A stretch of 64,000 nucleotides of DNA from a candidate division WOR-3 bacterium (GCA_039803925.1 JBDRZL010000005.1:9969-73968), one strand, 5' to 3'. Positions 36,246-47,052 are shown, numbered from the stretch's first letter. Numbers and translations are program-made. The notes: a model not told the origin generated them from the sequence alone.

Positions 36246-36780
36246 TCAAAAATTCATTTTTAATTTCTGATTCCTTAAAATTTCCAAGCATTTTACTTGT
36301 TATAAGTTTTGCACTTTTGTTTTTAACTCCCCTTATAACTGTGCATAAATGAATGGCATCAACAACTATTCCAAAACCTTTTGGTTCAATTTTTTTAAAA
36401 AGAAAATCAGAAATCTGGTCAGTTAACCTTTCCTGAACCTGCAACCTCTTTGAAAATACTTCAACAATTCTTGGAATTTTTGAAAGACCTATAAGTTTTT
36501 TTTCAGGAATAAAGCCTATGTGAATTTTACCAAAAAAGGGAATCAGATGATGCTCACATAAACTGGCAAAATCAATATCCTTCACAATAACCATCTGATA
36601 AGTATCTGAATAAAATAAAGCTTTTTCAACAATTTTATCTGGATTAATTCTATAGCCTTCTGTCAGTTCCATAAGCATTTTTAAAAATCTTTGAGGAGTA
36701 GCTTTAAGCCCTTCCCTTTCAGGGTTTTCACCAACAAGTTTTAAAATTTCCTTTATATAATTTTTGAATTTTTCTTCCAT
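36229..36780 (-). CDS. folE: GTP cyclohydrolase I
   Basis: ASLCEHHLIPFFGKIHIGFIP...IPRIVEVFSKRLQVQERLT. Confidence 0.85.
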   Translation of the reverse strand: MEEKFKNYIKEILKLVGENPEREGLKATPQRFLKMLMELTEGYRINPDKIVEKALFYSDTYQMVIVKDIDFASLCEHHLIPFFGKIHIGFIPEKKLIGLSKIPRIVEVFSKRLQVQERLTDQISDFLFKKIEPKGFGIVVDAIHLCTVIRGVKNKSAKLITSKMLGNFKESEIKNEFLNAIKG

Positions 36781-36825
36781 TGTTTGAAAAATTTTCCGCT
36801 ATTTATTTATCATATTTCAATATTT

Positions 36826-37683
36826 ATGAGTGCTAAATTAATAACCCAGTATGAAAAATTATTCATAGGTACTGCGGGAGTTCCTGAATCTGCAAAGGAT
36901 TCCTCCACAGAATCAGGAATAATAAGAATAAGGGAACTTAATCTTGATTGTATGGAGGTTGAGTTTGTAAAGGGTGTCAGGATAAAAGAGGAAAGAGCAA
37001 TAAAAATAAAGGAACTTGCTGAAGAAAAAAAAGTTTTTTTATCTATCCATGCTCCTTATTGGATAAATTTAAATACAAAAGAAAAGAGTAAATTTAAAAA
37101 CAGTTTGAAACATATATACGATTCTGCAAAAATAGGTTATCTTATGGGTGCCTATGAGATATGTTTTCATTCCGCTTATCTCCACGGAGATGATTTAAAA
37201 AGTGTAAGAAAAAAAGTAAAAGAAGCATTATTATATATTCTTGAAAAATTAGATAAGGAAAATGTAAAGGTAAGACTTAGACCTGAAACAATGGGAAAAC
37301 CAACACAATATGCAGACCTTGAAGAATTGCTTGAACTTTCCCTTGAATTTAAAGGTGAAGTTGAGCCCTGTCTTGATTTTGCACATCTTTATGCAAGGTC
37401 CCTTGGTAAGATAAATGGTTATAATGAATTTCTAAAAATTATAGAGGAATATGAAAAGGCACTGGGTAAAGATTCTTTAAAAAGAATGCATATTCATATT
37501 TCAGGAATGGAGTATGGGGAAAAAGGAGAAAAAAAACATTTAATTTTTAAAAAGTCAAAATTTAAGTATAAGGATGCATTAAAGGTTTTAAAAGAAAAAG
37601 ATGTAAGAGGATTTTTAATTTGTGAGAGTCCTGTGCTTGAAAAGGATGCTTTGATTTTAAAAAGAGAGTATAAAAAAATTTAA
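36826..37683 (+). CDS. AP endonuclease family 2 / endonuclease IV-like TIM-barrel protein
   Basis: LSIHAPYWINL (compare Nfo HASYLINL). ...RLRPETMGK...HIHISGMEYGEKGEKKH metal-site residues. Start set to ATG 36826. Confidence 0.55.
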   Translation: MSAKLITQYEKLFIGTAGVPESAKDSSTESGIIRIRELNLDCMEVEFVKGVRIKEERAIKIKELAEEKKVFLSIHAPYWINLNTKEKSKFKNSLKHIYDSAKIGYLMGAYEICFHSAYLHGDDLKSVRKKVKEALLYILEKLDKENVKVRLRPETMGKPTQYADLEELLELSLEFKGEVEPCLDFAHLYARSLGKINGYNEFLKIIEEYEKALGKDSLKRMHIHISGMEYGEKGEKKHLIFKKSKFKYKDALKVLKEKDVRGFLICESPVLEKDALILKREYKKI

Positions 37684-37689
37684 GTTTTT

Positions 37690-39069
37690 ATGACCTCAAT
37701 TCCTTTTCTCTCTGCTGATTTTTATGCAGAAACAATTTATTCAATAAAAATTGCAGAAGGTTTATTTTTTAAGTTGAACCCTGAAGAGGGATTTTCCAAT
37801 TTTCCTTCCGGTTATTTGCACCCCTTTATTTATGCTCTTTTATATTTCTTGAGCTTTAAAAACAAAGACCTTTTCATAGTCTATACATACATCTTTAATA
37901 CTCTTATTTTTATCCTAACAATTTTTGTTATTAAAAATTTTTATAAAAAATTTTTCATGGAAAAAAGTAATATTCCAGTTATTCTTTTAATTTTATCTGT
38001 TCCCTTTACATTTAATTTTTATCTAACCTTAAATTTCCCCCTTTATACACTTTTCTTTTATCTTTCTCTTTACTTTCTTGATAAAAAAAAATTTTTTATT
38101 CTTTTTTATTTATTTTTAGTCCTAACAAGACCAGAGGGAATTATTCTTTTTCCTTTCTACATCTTATATAAGTTTTATAAAGATAAAAGATTTGATAATA
38201 TTTTTTTTATTTTAACTTTAATTTTAATTTCCCTTTTTCCCTTTTTAATTAATAAAATTTTAACAGGTTACTTTACTACACTTGCTTTAAGGGCACAGAG
38301 TATTTTTTTTAATTATGAATTTAAGAGTGCTTTAATTACAGGTTTTAAAACTTTTTTTAAACATCTGGCAGCAATTTTTTTGGGGTTTCCAATTTTAAAT
38401 ATAAAAATTTCTGAATATCTTTCAAGTATAATTTATCCACCTCTTTTTCTTTTTTTTGTTATATTTTATCTCTTTAAAGAAAAAAATTTTTTAATAACAT
38501 TTTTATTTATTTTATTTCTTTTAATACTTTTTCTTGATAGTTTTACAATTTTTACTGGAATTCATTTTTCGAGACACATTGCTTATTTTTATCCAGCTTT
38601 AATCTTATTTTTTTATAAGGGTTTAAAATATATAAGAAATTTTCTTCCTTATTTTTATTTTATTTATTTTCTTTTTTCTTTCTTTCCTTTTTTGAGCACT
38701 TTAAAAATTGATTTAGAGACCTCAAAAACTTTTAAAATTAATGCTTTAAAAGCAGGTTCTCTGATCCCTGATAAAAGTGAGGTTCTTCTCTATAGTGACC
38801 CTTATTTCTTTTTTTACAATATTGATAGATTAAAGATAAACTTTCTTTCTCCTTCTTTTAACCCTATATGTGCAAAAAAAATTGAAAATTTTATTGATAA
38901 AGATAAGTTAGAAAGAAAATACATTTATGTTATTAACACTTATTACAGTAATGCAGAGTATTATTATGATACTAAAGAAAGATTAATTTTAAAGAAACTA
39001 ATTGATAGTATTTTTACCGATACTCTTTACAGAGAAAAAAATTTTATTTTACTTAAAAGAAAAAATTAG
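37690..39069 (+). CDS. Polytopic membrane protein (possible GT-C/ArnT-like glycosyltransferase)
   Basis: 459 aa, at least 10 TM helices. An LVLTRPEGIILFPFY segment resembles a GT-C family loop. Confidence 0.35.
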   Translation: MTSIPFLSADFYAETIYSIKIAEGLFFKLNPEEGFSNFPSGYLHPFIYALLYFLSFKNKDLFIVYTYIFNTLIFILTIFVIKNFYKKFFMEKSNIPVILLILSVPFTFNFYLTLNFPLYTLFFYLSLYFLDKKKFFILFYLFLVLTRPEGIILFPFYILYKFYKDKRFDNIFFILTLILISLFPFLINKILTGYFTTLALRAQSIFFNYEFKSALITGFKTFFKHLAAIFLGFPILNIKISEYLSSIIYPPLFLFFVIFYLFKEKNFLITFLFILFLLILFLDSFTIFTGIHFSRHIAYFYPALILFFYKGLKYIRNFLPYFYFIYFLFSFFPFLSTLKIDLETSKTFKINALKAGSLIPDKSEVLLYSDPYFFFYNIDRLKINFLSPSFNPICAKKIENFIDKDKLERKYIYVINTYYSNAEYYYDTKERLILKKLIDSIFTDTLYREKNFILLKRKN

Positions 39070-39131
39070 AGATTATAGAGAATTATCAATTATTTTTTTC
39101 ATAAAATTTATTTTAAAAAGGAGGAAAAAAA

Positions 39132-40058
39132 TTGTTTAGAGAAATTTTTTTATATTTATCCAGTAAAGACAATTTAAAAAATTACATTGAAAAGTTTCCA
39201 CCTTCAAAAAAGCTTGTGGAAAGATTTGTTGCTGGTGAAAATCTTTATGATGCCGTTAATGCCATAAAAAATTTAAATTCAAAGAAAATTTCCTGTACCC
39301 TTGATAAACTGGGTGAAAGTTTAACTGATGAAGAAAAAATAAAGGTTGTAATTGATGATTATAAAAATATGTTAAAAATAATAAGGGAGGAAAATCTTGA
39401 TTCTACAATTTCTATTAAATTAACTCATCTTGGACTTTTAATCTCTGAAAATTTAGCCTATCAATCTGTAAGAGAAATCGTTAAATATGCAAAGGAAATG
39501 AACAATAGAGTTTGTATTGATATGGAAAATTCACCTTTTACAGAAAAGACAATAAATATTTACGAAAAGATTTTTAAAGAATTTGGAAATGTTGGTGTTG
39601 CAATACAGAGTTATTTGAAAAGAACTCTTTCTGATTTAGAAAGGCTTTCTTCAATGGGAGCGGAAATAAGATTGTGTAAAGGAGCATATAAAGAGCCAAG
39701 GGAAATTGCCTATCAGAAAAAAAGGGATGTTGATGAAAATTATAAAAAAGCGCTTTTAATACTTTTTTCAAAGGAATCAATTGAAAAAGGGACATACCCC
39801 TGTGTTGCTACTCATGATGAAAAACTTATTAATTTCACTTATGAACTTGTTAAGAAGAATAATATTTCTCCTCTTAAATTTGAATTTCAGATGTTATATG
39901 GAATAAGAAGGGATTTGCAGGAAAAAATTGTAAGAGACGGTTTTAAAGTAAGGGTTTATGTGCCTTTTGGAAAGGATTGGTTCCCTTATTTTATGAGGAG
40001 ACTTGGAGAAAGACCCGCAAATTTATTTTTTGTTGTAAAAAATATATTTAAGTCATGA
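39132..40058 (+). CDS. Proline dehydrogenase family protein
   Basis: RVCIDMENSPFTEKTINIY...GVAIQSYLKRTLSDLERL...AEIRLCKGAYKEP (PRODH family). TTG start 7 nt after AAAGGAGG. Confidence 0.7.
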   Translation: MFREIFLYLSSKDNLKNYIEKFPPSKKLVERFVAGENLYDAVNAIKNLNSKKISCTLDKLGESLTDEEKIKVVIDDYKNMLKIIREENLDSTISIKLTHLGLLISENLAYQSVREIVKYAKEMNNRVCIDMENSPFTEKTINIYEKIFKEFGNVGVAIQSYLKRTLSDLERLSSMGAEIRLCKGAYKEPREIAYQKKRDVDENYKKALLILFSKESIEKGTYPCVATHDEKLINFTYELVKKNNISPLKFEFQMLYGIRRDLQEKIVRDGFKVRVYVPFGKDWFPYFMRRLGERPANLFFVVKNIFKS

Positions 40059-40477
40059 TTATATTTTTATTTTCCTTTTATTTTTATACCAATTTACTTT
40101 TTCCCATTTCAAAACCAAATGAAAAACCTGGAATTGGGAGGGAATTTGTTTTTATATATGGAATAAAAAAATTTAATTTTTATTTTGATTATTCTGAAAT
40201 TGAAGTTTCATCAGGGACAGATATTTTTGTTAAAAATTATGAAGCAGGCTTTTATATTAAATTTTTAATTAAAAATCTGATAAATATTTCCCTTCATCCC
40301 GGTTTTGTTTATGGTGTAAAAGAGAAAAAAAATCTAACTGAAAAAGGTTACTTTTCTTCCTTTAATTTTTTAATAACTTTAAAAAGGGAAATTTTTCCAT
40401 TTCTGGGAATGAAGTCATTTTATGATGGGAAAACTTTTTTAAATTATTTGAAATTAGGTTTATTTTTTGAATTTTGA
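40055..40477 (+). CDS. Hypothetical protein (beta-rich, ends in Phe; possible small outer-membrane protein)
   Basis: 140-aa ORF with alternating hydrophobic pattern and C-terminal LGLFFEF. Confidence 0.3.
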   Translation: MIIFLFSFYFYTNLLFPISKPNEKPGIGREFVFIYGIKKFNFYFDYSEIEVSSGTDIFVKNYEAGFYIKFLIKNLINISLHPGFVYGVKEKKNLTEKGYFSSFNFLITLKREIFPFLGMKSFYDGKTFLNYLKLGLFFEF

Positions 40478-40878
40478 TGAGGAGTTTAAAAAAATTTTTA
40501 AGAAAATTATTTTTAAGAATATTTAAGCTAAATCCAGAAAAAAAATTTATTTCTTTGCCTTTAAGTCTTAAAAACTTTGATAAAGTAATAGTTATACATG
40601 ATGGTGAAGAAAAAGAAATTGAAAAAATTTTAGAGGAAATGAATTTTAAAAACTATTTTGTAATAAAATTAGATAAAAAAAATGAGGATTTGTTTCTTGA
40701 AAAGATAACAAAAAAAACTTTAGTAATAGATTTATGTAAAGTTTCACAGAATATTTTTCTAAAATATCTTTCCAAAGATTTTCCTGTTTTAGGTATAAGA
40801 AGGGATTTAACCATTTCCCTTCCCGGTAGAGATTATCATAATTTTTTTGAGAATTTTTTGAAAATTCAGGGTCTTTAA
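40474..40878 (+). CDS. Hypothetical protein
   Basis: 134-aa ORF, ATGA-coupled to the upstream gene. No recognisable motifs. Confidence 0.3.
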   Translation: MMRSLKKFLRKLFLRIFKLNPEKKFISLPLSLKNFDKVIVIHDGEEKEIEKILEEMNFKNYFVIKLDKKNEDLFLEKITKKTLVIDLCKVSQNIFLKYLSKDFPVLGIRRDLTISLPGRDYHNFFENFLKIQGL

Positions 40879-40919
40879 TTTTTTTAATTTTTAAGTTATA
40901 ATAAATATTTGATTTTGAA

Positions 40920-41375
40920 ATGAAAAAAATAATAGAGAAAGATATTTTGGTTAATAAAAAGGCAAAATCTGATTATGAAATTTTTGATACCTATATATGT
41001 GGAATTGTTTTAAAGGGAGCTGAGGTGAAGTCTTTAAGAGATGGAAGGGCTTCTATAAAGGATGCTTATGTAAAAATTGAAAATGGGGAAGCCTATATAT
41101 ATAAATTTCATATTTCACCCTATCCACCTGCTTTTAAATTTTTCCCTGATCCTGAGAGAAAAAAGAAACTTTTACTTACAAAAAGAGAGATTAAAAGGTT
41201 GATTGGTAAATGGAAGGAAAAAGGACTTGTTTTAATCCCTTTAAGGGTTTTTTTTAAAGGAAAATGGGCTAAAATAGAAATAGCGCTTGCGAGAAAGAAG
41301 AGAAAATATGAGAAAAAGGAATTGATTAAAAAGAGGGAAATGGAAAGAGAATTGAAAAGGGAGATGTTAAGGTGA
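40920..41375 (+). CDS. smpB: SsrA-binding protein SmpB
   Basis: YICGIVLKGAEVKSLRDGRASIKDAYV...KLLLTKREIKRLIGKWKEKGLVLIPLRVFFK. Confidence 0.85.
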   Translation: MKKIIEKDILVNKKAKSDYEIFDTYICGIVLKGAEVKSLRDGRASIKDAYVKIENGEAYIYKFHISPYPPAFKFFPDPERKKKLLLTKREIKRLIGKWKEKGLVLIPLRVFFKGKWAKIEIALARKKRKYEKKELIKKREMERELKREMLR

Positions 41376-42469
41376 TTCTTTTAATATTTATAAATATACT
41401 TTTAAACCCACCCGAAATAGTTCAAAAAAAGGATACAGTTTATATTACCTTTGATGTAAAAGGTCCTCTTAAATACGAAAAATCTTTAAAGGAACAAAAA
41501 TTAGAAATTAAAATAAGGGATATAGATTCTGTTTTTCCCTTTTCTTCAAAATTGAGTAATCCAATTTTAAAGGGTATTGAAATAAAAAAAATTGAAGGTG
41601 ATGCTTTGATTCTTCTTGAATTAAGTTTCCTTTGTAAAAATTATAGAATAGAGAACAAAAGAGATTATTTTAGATTAACTTTAAGGGGGAATGTTCCTGA
41701 TAGTTTATTTAAGGCTGAGGAAAAAAGAGAAAAAACTAAGCCAATTACTGAAAATAAAAAAATGAGAGCTATAAAAAGAATTGTAATAGACCCTGGTCAT
41801 GGAGGAAGAGATTATGGAGCAGTAAGTAAAAAAGGAACAAAGGAAAAGGATATTAATTTAAAGGTAGCAAAATTTTTAAGAGAGGAACTTAAAAAAGAGG
41901 GTTTTGAGGTTTTTCTGACAAGGGAAGAAGACACCTTTATAACTCTTTCTGATAGAACAAAATTCGCCAATAAAATAGGTGCTGATCTTTTTATTTCTCT
42001 TCACTGTAATGCTTCACCGAGAGTTACTGAAACCTCAAATGGAGTTGAAGTTTATTTTCTTTCTGAAGCAAAGACTGACTGGGAAAGAGCTGTTGCTGCT
42101 CTTGAAAATGCTTCTTTGAAATACGAGTATCCTAATGAAAAGGTTCCGGATGGTATTATTGAGGCTATTCTTATGGATATGGCTCAAACTGAATATTTGT
42201 ATGAATCCCAGAAACTTGCAGAGGTATTGCAGAAATCAATTTCCAAGGAATTGAATATACAAGATAGGGGTGTCAAGCAGGCAGGTTTTTATGTATTGAA
42301 TGGATGTTATTCACCTGCTGTTCTTGTTGAGATGGGTTTTATAACAACACCTTCTGATGAAAAACTTTTAAAAGATGAGAAATATCAGAAAAATCTTACA
42401 AAGGCAATAGTCCAGGGTGTAAAAAAATTTAAAGAGTGGTTTGAAAAAACTTCCAATTTTACTCAATAA
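41372..42469 (+). CDS. N-acetylmuramoyl-L-alanine amidase (Amidase_3) with N-terminal AMIN-like domain
   Basis: IVIDPGHGGRDYGAV...DLFISLHCNAS...GVEVYFLS. The N-terminal beta-rich domain looks AMIN-like. Confidence 0.75.
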   Translation: MILLIFINILLNPPEIVQKKDTVYITFDVKGPLKYEKSLKEQKLEIKIRDIDSVFPFSSKLSNPILKGIEIKKIEGDALILLELSFLCKNYRIENKRDYFRLTLRGNVPDSLFKAEEKREKTKPITENKKMRAIKRIVIDPGHGGRDYGAVSKKGTKEKDINLKVAKFLREELKKEGFEVFLTREEDTFITLSDRTKFANKIGADLFISLHCNASPRVTETSNGVEVYFLSEAKTDWERAVAALENASLKYEYPNEKVPDGIIEAILMDMAQTEYLYESQKLAEVLQKSISKELNIQDRGVKQAGFYVLNGCYSPAVLVEMGFITTPSDEKLLKDEKYQKNLTKAIVQGVKKFKEWFEKTSNFTQ

Positions 42470-42475
42470 TTTTAA

Positions 42476-43666
42476 ATGGAAACAGAAAAAACTTTAATTT
42501 TCAAGTTAAAAAAAGAGGAAATTTCTCCTCTTATTGAAAGGATCTCAAAAGAGTATCAGAAAAATGTAAAAATTCAGGGTTTCAGGCCTGGAAAGGCTCC
42601 TATTGAAATTGTAAAGGCAAAATATAAAAAGGAAATAGAGGAAGATAGTTTAGAGGAATATATAAGGGAAAAAGTTTTAGAGGAAGTAAAAAAAGAGAAT
42701 TCAAAACTTGCTTCACCTATTTATATAAAGGATAAAAAGATTTCTGGTGATGAATTTGAAATTACTGTTTCTTTTGAAATTCTTCCTTCTTTTGATGTTA
42801 GAGGATTTGAAAATATCAAAGTTGAAAAAAGGATTAGAAGAGCTTCACCTGATGAAATAGAAAAAAGGTTAAAGAAGTACCAGGAGTCTCTTGCTGAGTT
42901 AAGGGATAAAGAGGAAGGAGTAAAGGAAGGTGATTTTATTGTATTAAAATATAATGTTAATGATATTTCAGGCAGAGAGGTTTTAAAGGACAAAACGGAA
43001 TCTTTTAGGTTTATAAGGGGAAATATTCCAGAGGAATTTTATAGAGAGATTGAAGGTAAAAAGAGAGGAGAACATTTTAAGGTAGCAAGAAACGAAAAAA
43101 ACGGAACCTTTATATACGAGGGGAATATTCTTTCTGTTAAAGAAGTAATACTACCGCCTATTGACGATGAATTTGCAAGGATGTTTGAAATGGAAAGTCT
43201 TGAGGATTTTAAGAAGAAAATCGGGGAGGAAATTGCTGAAGATTTAAAAAGAGAAGCTGAAGAAGAGTTTGAAAATAAAATACTTGAAGAACTTTCAAGG
43301 ATAAATAAAGTTCCTGTTCCAAGATATTATGTAGAGGAGGAATTAAGAGGAATTATTTCAAGGTATGGATTGAAGGAAGAAGAAGTGAATGAGAGATTTG
43401 AGGAATTTTATAAAGTTGCTGAGGAAAAGATTAGAAGAAGATTACTTCTTGAAAGGCTTGCAGAGCAGCTTAAAATTGAGGTAAAAAAAGAAGAGATAGA
43501 GGAAGAGATAAAGAGACTTGCAAGAGATTACAGAATGGATTTCGAAGTTCTTAAAAAAAGACTTGAAGAAAGAAACGTTCTTATAGAGATTGAATATTCA
43601 ATTAAAAGAAAAAGAGCTATGGAGTTTTTAAAAAATAATGTTAAAATGGAGGTGATAATAGAATGA
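42476..43666 (+). CDS. tig: Trigger factor
   Basis: N-terminal ribosome-binding domain ([25 protein letters not shown]), a PPIase-like middle region and a C-terminal helical domain. Followed by clpP-clpX. Confidence 0.8.
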   Translation: METEKTLIFKLKKEEISPLIERISKEYQKNVKIQGFRPGKAPIEIVKAKYKKEIEEDSLEEYIREKVLEEVKKENSKLASPIYIKDKKISGDEFEITVSFEILPSFDVRGFENIKVEKRIRRASPDEIEKRLKKYQESLAELRDKEEGVKEGDFIVLKYNVNDISGREVLKDKTESFRFIRGNIPEEFYREIEGKKRGEHFKVARNEKNGTFIYEGNILSVKEVILPPIDDEFARMFEMESLEDFKKKIGEEIAEDLKREAEEEFENKILEELSRINKVPVPRYYVEEELRGIISRYGLKEEEVNERFEEFYKVAEEKIRRRLLLERLAEQLKIEVKKEEIEEEIKRLARDYRMDFEVLKKRLEERNVLIEIEYSIKRKRAMEFLKNNVKMEVIIE

Positions 43667-44262
43667 AAAACCAAACAATACCATTTGTTATAGAGCAAAC
43701 AGGAAGATATGAAAGGGCATACGATATTTATTCCCGTCTTTTAAAGGATAGGATTGTTTTTCTTGGTATGCCTATAGATGACCAGGTGGCAAATCTTGTA
43801 ATTGCTCAGCTTCTTTATCTTGAAGCAGAAAATCCAAAGAAAGATATATATCTTTACATAAATTCTCCGGGTGGTTATATAACATCTGGTCTTGCCATTT
43901 ATGATACAATTCAGTATATAAGGCCTGATGTTAATACAATATGCATAGGAATGGCGGCAAGTATGGCAGCAGTTTTACTTGCAGCAGGAACAAAAGGTAA
44001 AAGGTATGCATTACCCCACTCAAGAATTATGATTCATCAGCCTTTTGGTGGAGTTCAGGGACAGGCAATTGATATTAAAATTCATGCAGAGGAAATAATG
44101 AGGATGAGGGATATGTTAAATGAAATTCTTGCAAAACATACAGGCCAGCCAAAGGAAAAAATAGAAAAGGATACTGATAGAAATTATTTTATGTCACCAC
44201 AGGAAGCACTTAATTATGGTCTTGTAGATGAGATTATAACTTCAAGAAAAGAACTAAAATGA
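43663..44262 (+). CDS. clpP: ATP-dependent Clp protease proteolytic subunit
   Basis: [63 protein letters not shown]. Confidence 0.9.
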   Translation: MKNQTIPFVIEQTGRYERAYDIYSRLLKDRIVFLGMPIDDQVANLVIAQLLYLEAENPKKDIYLYINSPGGYITSGLAIYDTIQYIRPDVNTICIGMAASMAAVLLAAGTKGKRYALPHSRIMIHQPFGGVQGQAIDIKIHAEEIMRMRDMLNEILAKHTGQPKEKIEKDTDRNYFMSPQEALNYGLVDEIITSRKELK

Positions 44263-45476
44263 GGGAGAAGAGGTTAATTCCAGGGAAAGAAATTAGGTGT
44301 TCTTTCTGTGGAAGAGCAGAGGCACAGGCAAGAAGGCTCTTTTCAGGGGCAGGTGCTTTTATTTGTGATGACTGTGTTAAATTCTGTTATGAATTAATGT
44401 TTGAGGAGGAAAAGGATAGAAAACTAAAGACAGATTTTTATTTTTCAATACCGAGTCCACAAGAAATAAAAAGAGAACTTGATAAATATGTTGTAGGGCA
44501 TGAAAGGGCAAAGAAGATTTTATCTGTTTCTGTTTATCAGCACTATAAGAGGATAGTTTTGAATGATAAAAATATTGAAAAGAGTAATGTTCTTTTAATA
44601 GGACCAACAGGAACAGGTAAAACTCTTCTTGCAAAAACACTTGCAAAAATTCTTTCTGTTCCTTTTGCTCATGTTGATGCAACTCCTTTAACAGAGGCTG
44701 GTTATGTTGGGGAGGATGTAGAAAATATTCTTTTGAGATTATTGCAGGCAGCAGATTTTGAAATAAGAAAAGCAGAAAGGGGTATTATTTATATTGATGA
44801 GATAGATAAAATTGCAAGAAAAGGAGATTCACCTTCAATAACAAGGGATGTTGGAGGTGAAGGTGTTCAGCAGGCTCTTTTGAGAATTCTTGAAGGGACA
44901 ATTGCAAATGTTCCACCTCAGGGAGGTAGAAAACACCCTGAGCAGGCTTTTATTCCAATGGATACTACGGGTATTCTATTTATATGTGGAGGAACATTTG
45001 TTGGACTTGAGAAAATAATTGAAAATAGAAAGTTAAAAAGTTCGCTTGGTTTTATTAAGAAGGATGAACACAGTGAAAGGTATTTTGATATTCTTCCTGA
45101 TGATATAATTGAATACGGTTTTATTCCTGAATTTGTTGGAAGGTTACCTCTTATTGTAACTCTTGACGAGCTCACAGAGGATGAGCTTTATAGGATTCTT
45201 GATGAACCTGAGAATGCTATTTTAAAGCAGTATGAAAAGATTTTTGAGAGTGAAGGTATAAAACTAATTTTTAAGGAAGGTTTAAAGAGAGAAATAGCAA
45301 GGAGAGCAAAAAAACTTGGTATGGGTGCAAGGGGTTTAAGGATTTTTATTGAGAATCTTTTATTTGATGCTATATATAGATTGCCTTCTTTTAGGGGAAA
45401 ATATAAGTATTGTATAGTGGATGAAAGTTCTTTTGATACAAAAAAAGTTAAATTTACAAATAAAATAAATTTTTAA
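44259..45476 (+). CDS. clpX: ATP-dependent Clp protease ATP-binding subunit ClpX
   Basis: Zinc finger CSFCGR...CDDC. Walker [25 protein letters not shown]. Confidence 0.9.
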   Translation: MREKRLIPGKEIRCSFCGRAEAQARRLFSGAGAFICDDCVKFCYELMFEEEKDRKLKTDFYFSIPSPQEIKRELDKYVVGHERAKKILSVSVYQHYKRIVLNDKNIEKSNVLLIGPTGTGKTLLAKTLAKILSVPFAHVDATPLTEAGYVGEDVENILLRLLQAADFEIRKAERGIIYIDEIDKIARKGDSPSITRDVGGEGVQQALLRILEGTIANVPPQGGRKHPEQAFIPMDTTGILFICGGTFVGLEKIIENRKLKSSLGFIKKDEHSERYFDILPDDIIEYGFIPEFVGRLPLIVTLDELTEDELYRILDEPENAILKQYEKIFESEGIKLIFKEGLKREIARRAKKLGMGARGLRIFIENLLFDAIYRLPSFRGKYKYCIVDESSFDTKKVKFTNKINF

Positions 45477-45499
45477 TTTCAGATTAAGTTCTTTAAATT

Positions 45500-46084
45500 A
45501 TGGAAATAAAGCCAGTTTATCTTATGCAGCCAATACCATATTTTGGAGAAGAGCTTGATTATCAAAATTTTATATGTGAGCCTAAAATAGATGGGTGGAG
45601 AATGCAAGTTTTAAGGTATTTAAACGGAAAAATTGAGTTCTGGGGGAGAAGACTTGAAAAAATTCCAAACTGGACTTATAGACTTAATTATCTTATTGAA
45701 ATTGCTGAAAAGTTTTTACCTCCTGGCACAATACTTGATAGTGAACTTTATGATGAAAGGGGGAGAAGGTTTATTCCTTCATTATTTACAAAAAAGGGTG
45801 GAAAGCCGATCATTTATGTGTTTGATATTTTATTTTATAAGGGTGAAAAAGTTTATGAGAGGAAATTGATGGAAAGGAAGAAAATTCTTGAAAGTATAAA
45901 TTTTTTACCTCCCTTTAAATTGATTGAATATAAAAAAATAATTAGTAAAGATGATATTTTTAATTTTTTAAAAGAGGCAAAGGAAAAAGGTAATGAAGGT
46001 ATAATATTAAAACACATAAAGTCAAAATATATAATTTTAGAAGAAGGTCCTTCTTCAACAGAATTCTGGATAAAAATTAAATAA
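45500..46084 (+). CDS. Stand-alone ATP-dependent DNA/RNA ligase nucleotidyltransferase (adenylation) domain, no OB domain
   Basis: Motif I KIDGWR. Motif III ILDSELY. Motif IIIa YVFDILFY. Motifs IV/V NEGIILKHIKSK. Only 194 aa. Confidence 0.5.
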   Translation: MEIKPVYLMQPIPYFGEELDYQNFICEPKIDGWRMQVLRYLNGKIEFWGRRLEKIPNWTYRLNYLIEIAEKFLPPGTILDSELYDERGRRFIPSLFTKKGGKPIIYVFDILFYKGEKVYERKLMERKKILESINFLPPFKLIEYKKIISKDDIFNFLKEAKEKGNEGIILKHIKSKYIILEEGPSSTEFWIKIK

Positions 46085-46382
46085 TAGCAATTTGAAAAAT
46101 TTTAAGAGATAAATTAACATGTTATAATCTGAAAGAAATAGAAAAAATATATGATAAGATAGAGGCTAAAAAGATTAAGATTATATAGTTTTATGAAAAA
46201 TATGATATGGAGAAAGGTTAAAGTAGAGGAGGAATTAAATATAGGTTACCATTTTTTTGAAAATTTTCAGCTGGGAAGTCACACTTTTTAAGGTATAAAG
46301 TAAAAGCATTTTTAGAATATTATTTCTATTATGCCTAATATATCCTTCACCCTTAATTTTCAAAAAACAAAGGCTTTATAAT

Positions 46383-46423
46383 TTTATGGTAGCCGCACCC
46401 TTCAGGGTGCGAAAAAATTCGCA
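46383..46423 (+). promoter_or_regulatory. Conserved intergenic motif with GC-rich hairpin (CGCACCC-TTCA-GGGTGCG)
   Basis: ATTTTATGGTAGCCGCACCCTTCAGGGTGCGAAAAAATTCGC. The same framework without the hairpin insert occurs at 7513-7539. The 7-bp perfect stem lies in a region otherwise about 20% GC. Confidence 0.35.
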
Positions 46424-46540
46424 ATCAAATTTTCTGAAAAATAGACAACAAAGCAACAGAAATGCTTTTGGATTTAAAAAAATTGCGGTATATTTATGGA
46501 AGAAAAATTAAAAACATTTTGTCGTAGGCCCCCTTGTAAT

Positions 46541-46590
46541 CTTATTGAGCAAGAAAAATTCAATATTGTATAGTATTCTGCAGATATTTG
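46541..46590 (+). promoter_or_regulatory. Conserved promoter-like element, copy B: TTGAGC(46545-46550)-N18-TATAGT(46569-46574)-ATTCTGCA
   Basis: Aligns with 7538-7580 and 47169-47215. About 45 nt upstream of the 46624 start. Confidence 0.45.
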
Positions 46591-46623
46591 AATTTTTCGT
46601 TTATTTTTTTTATAATTTAAAAT

Positions 46624-47052
46624 ATGAAAATAATAACTATTCCAAAGGTATTAAGGGAAAAACTTGGGGATGATGGAGTTGATGCATTAATTGAGCTTTT
46701 AAATGCTTCTAATGAAAAACTGAAAATTGATTTAATTGAGTTACAGACTGAAAAATATGAAAGGAGACTTGCTGAAGAAACAGCAAAGATTGATAAAAGG
46801 ATAACTGAAGAAACAGCAAAGATTGATAAAAGGATAACTGAAGAAACTGCAAGACTTGATAAAAGAATTACTGAAGAAACTGCAAGACTTGATAAAAGAA
46901 TTACTGAGGAGATTTCAAAATTAAGAGCTGAATTTAATGAAAAAATTTCAAAAACTTATGCGAACATAATAAAATGGATGTTTATATTCTGGGTAGGACA
47001 GATAAGTGTTATGACTTTAATATTTTTTTCCTTTTTAAAATTTATTAGATAA
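46624..47052 (+). CDS. Coiled-coil protein with four tandem 11-aa repeats (ITEETAKIDKR) and a C-terminal TM helix; resembles DUF1640-type proteins
   Basis: 33-nt DNA tandem repeats span 46795-46925. C-terminal hydrophobic tail WMFIFWVGQISVMTLIFFSF. Confidence 0.55.
   Translation: MKIITIPKVLREKLGDDGVDALIELLNASNEKLKIDLIELQTEKYERRLAEETAKIDKRITEETAKIDKRITEETARLDKRITEETARLDKRITEEISKLRAEFNEKISKTYANIIKWMFIFWVGQISVMTLIFFSFLKFIR

Noticed and set aside
46085-46623. tmRNA (ssrA), given smpB at 40920, or an origin of replication in this long intergenic region
   Set aside because: No tmRNA 5'-GGGG or T-arm/CCA signature, no tag-reading-frame-like segment, and no DnaA-box (TTATCCACA) clusters.
46795-46925. 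33-nt tandem repeats as a possible CRISPR array
   Set aside because: The repeats are contiguous with no spacers, lie in-frame inside an ORF and encode an 11-aa protein repeat.
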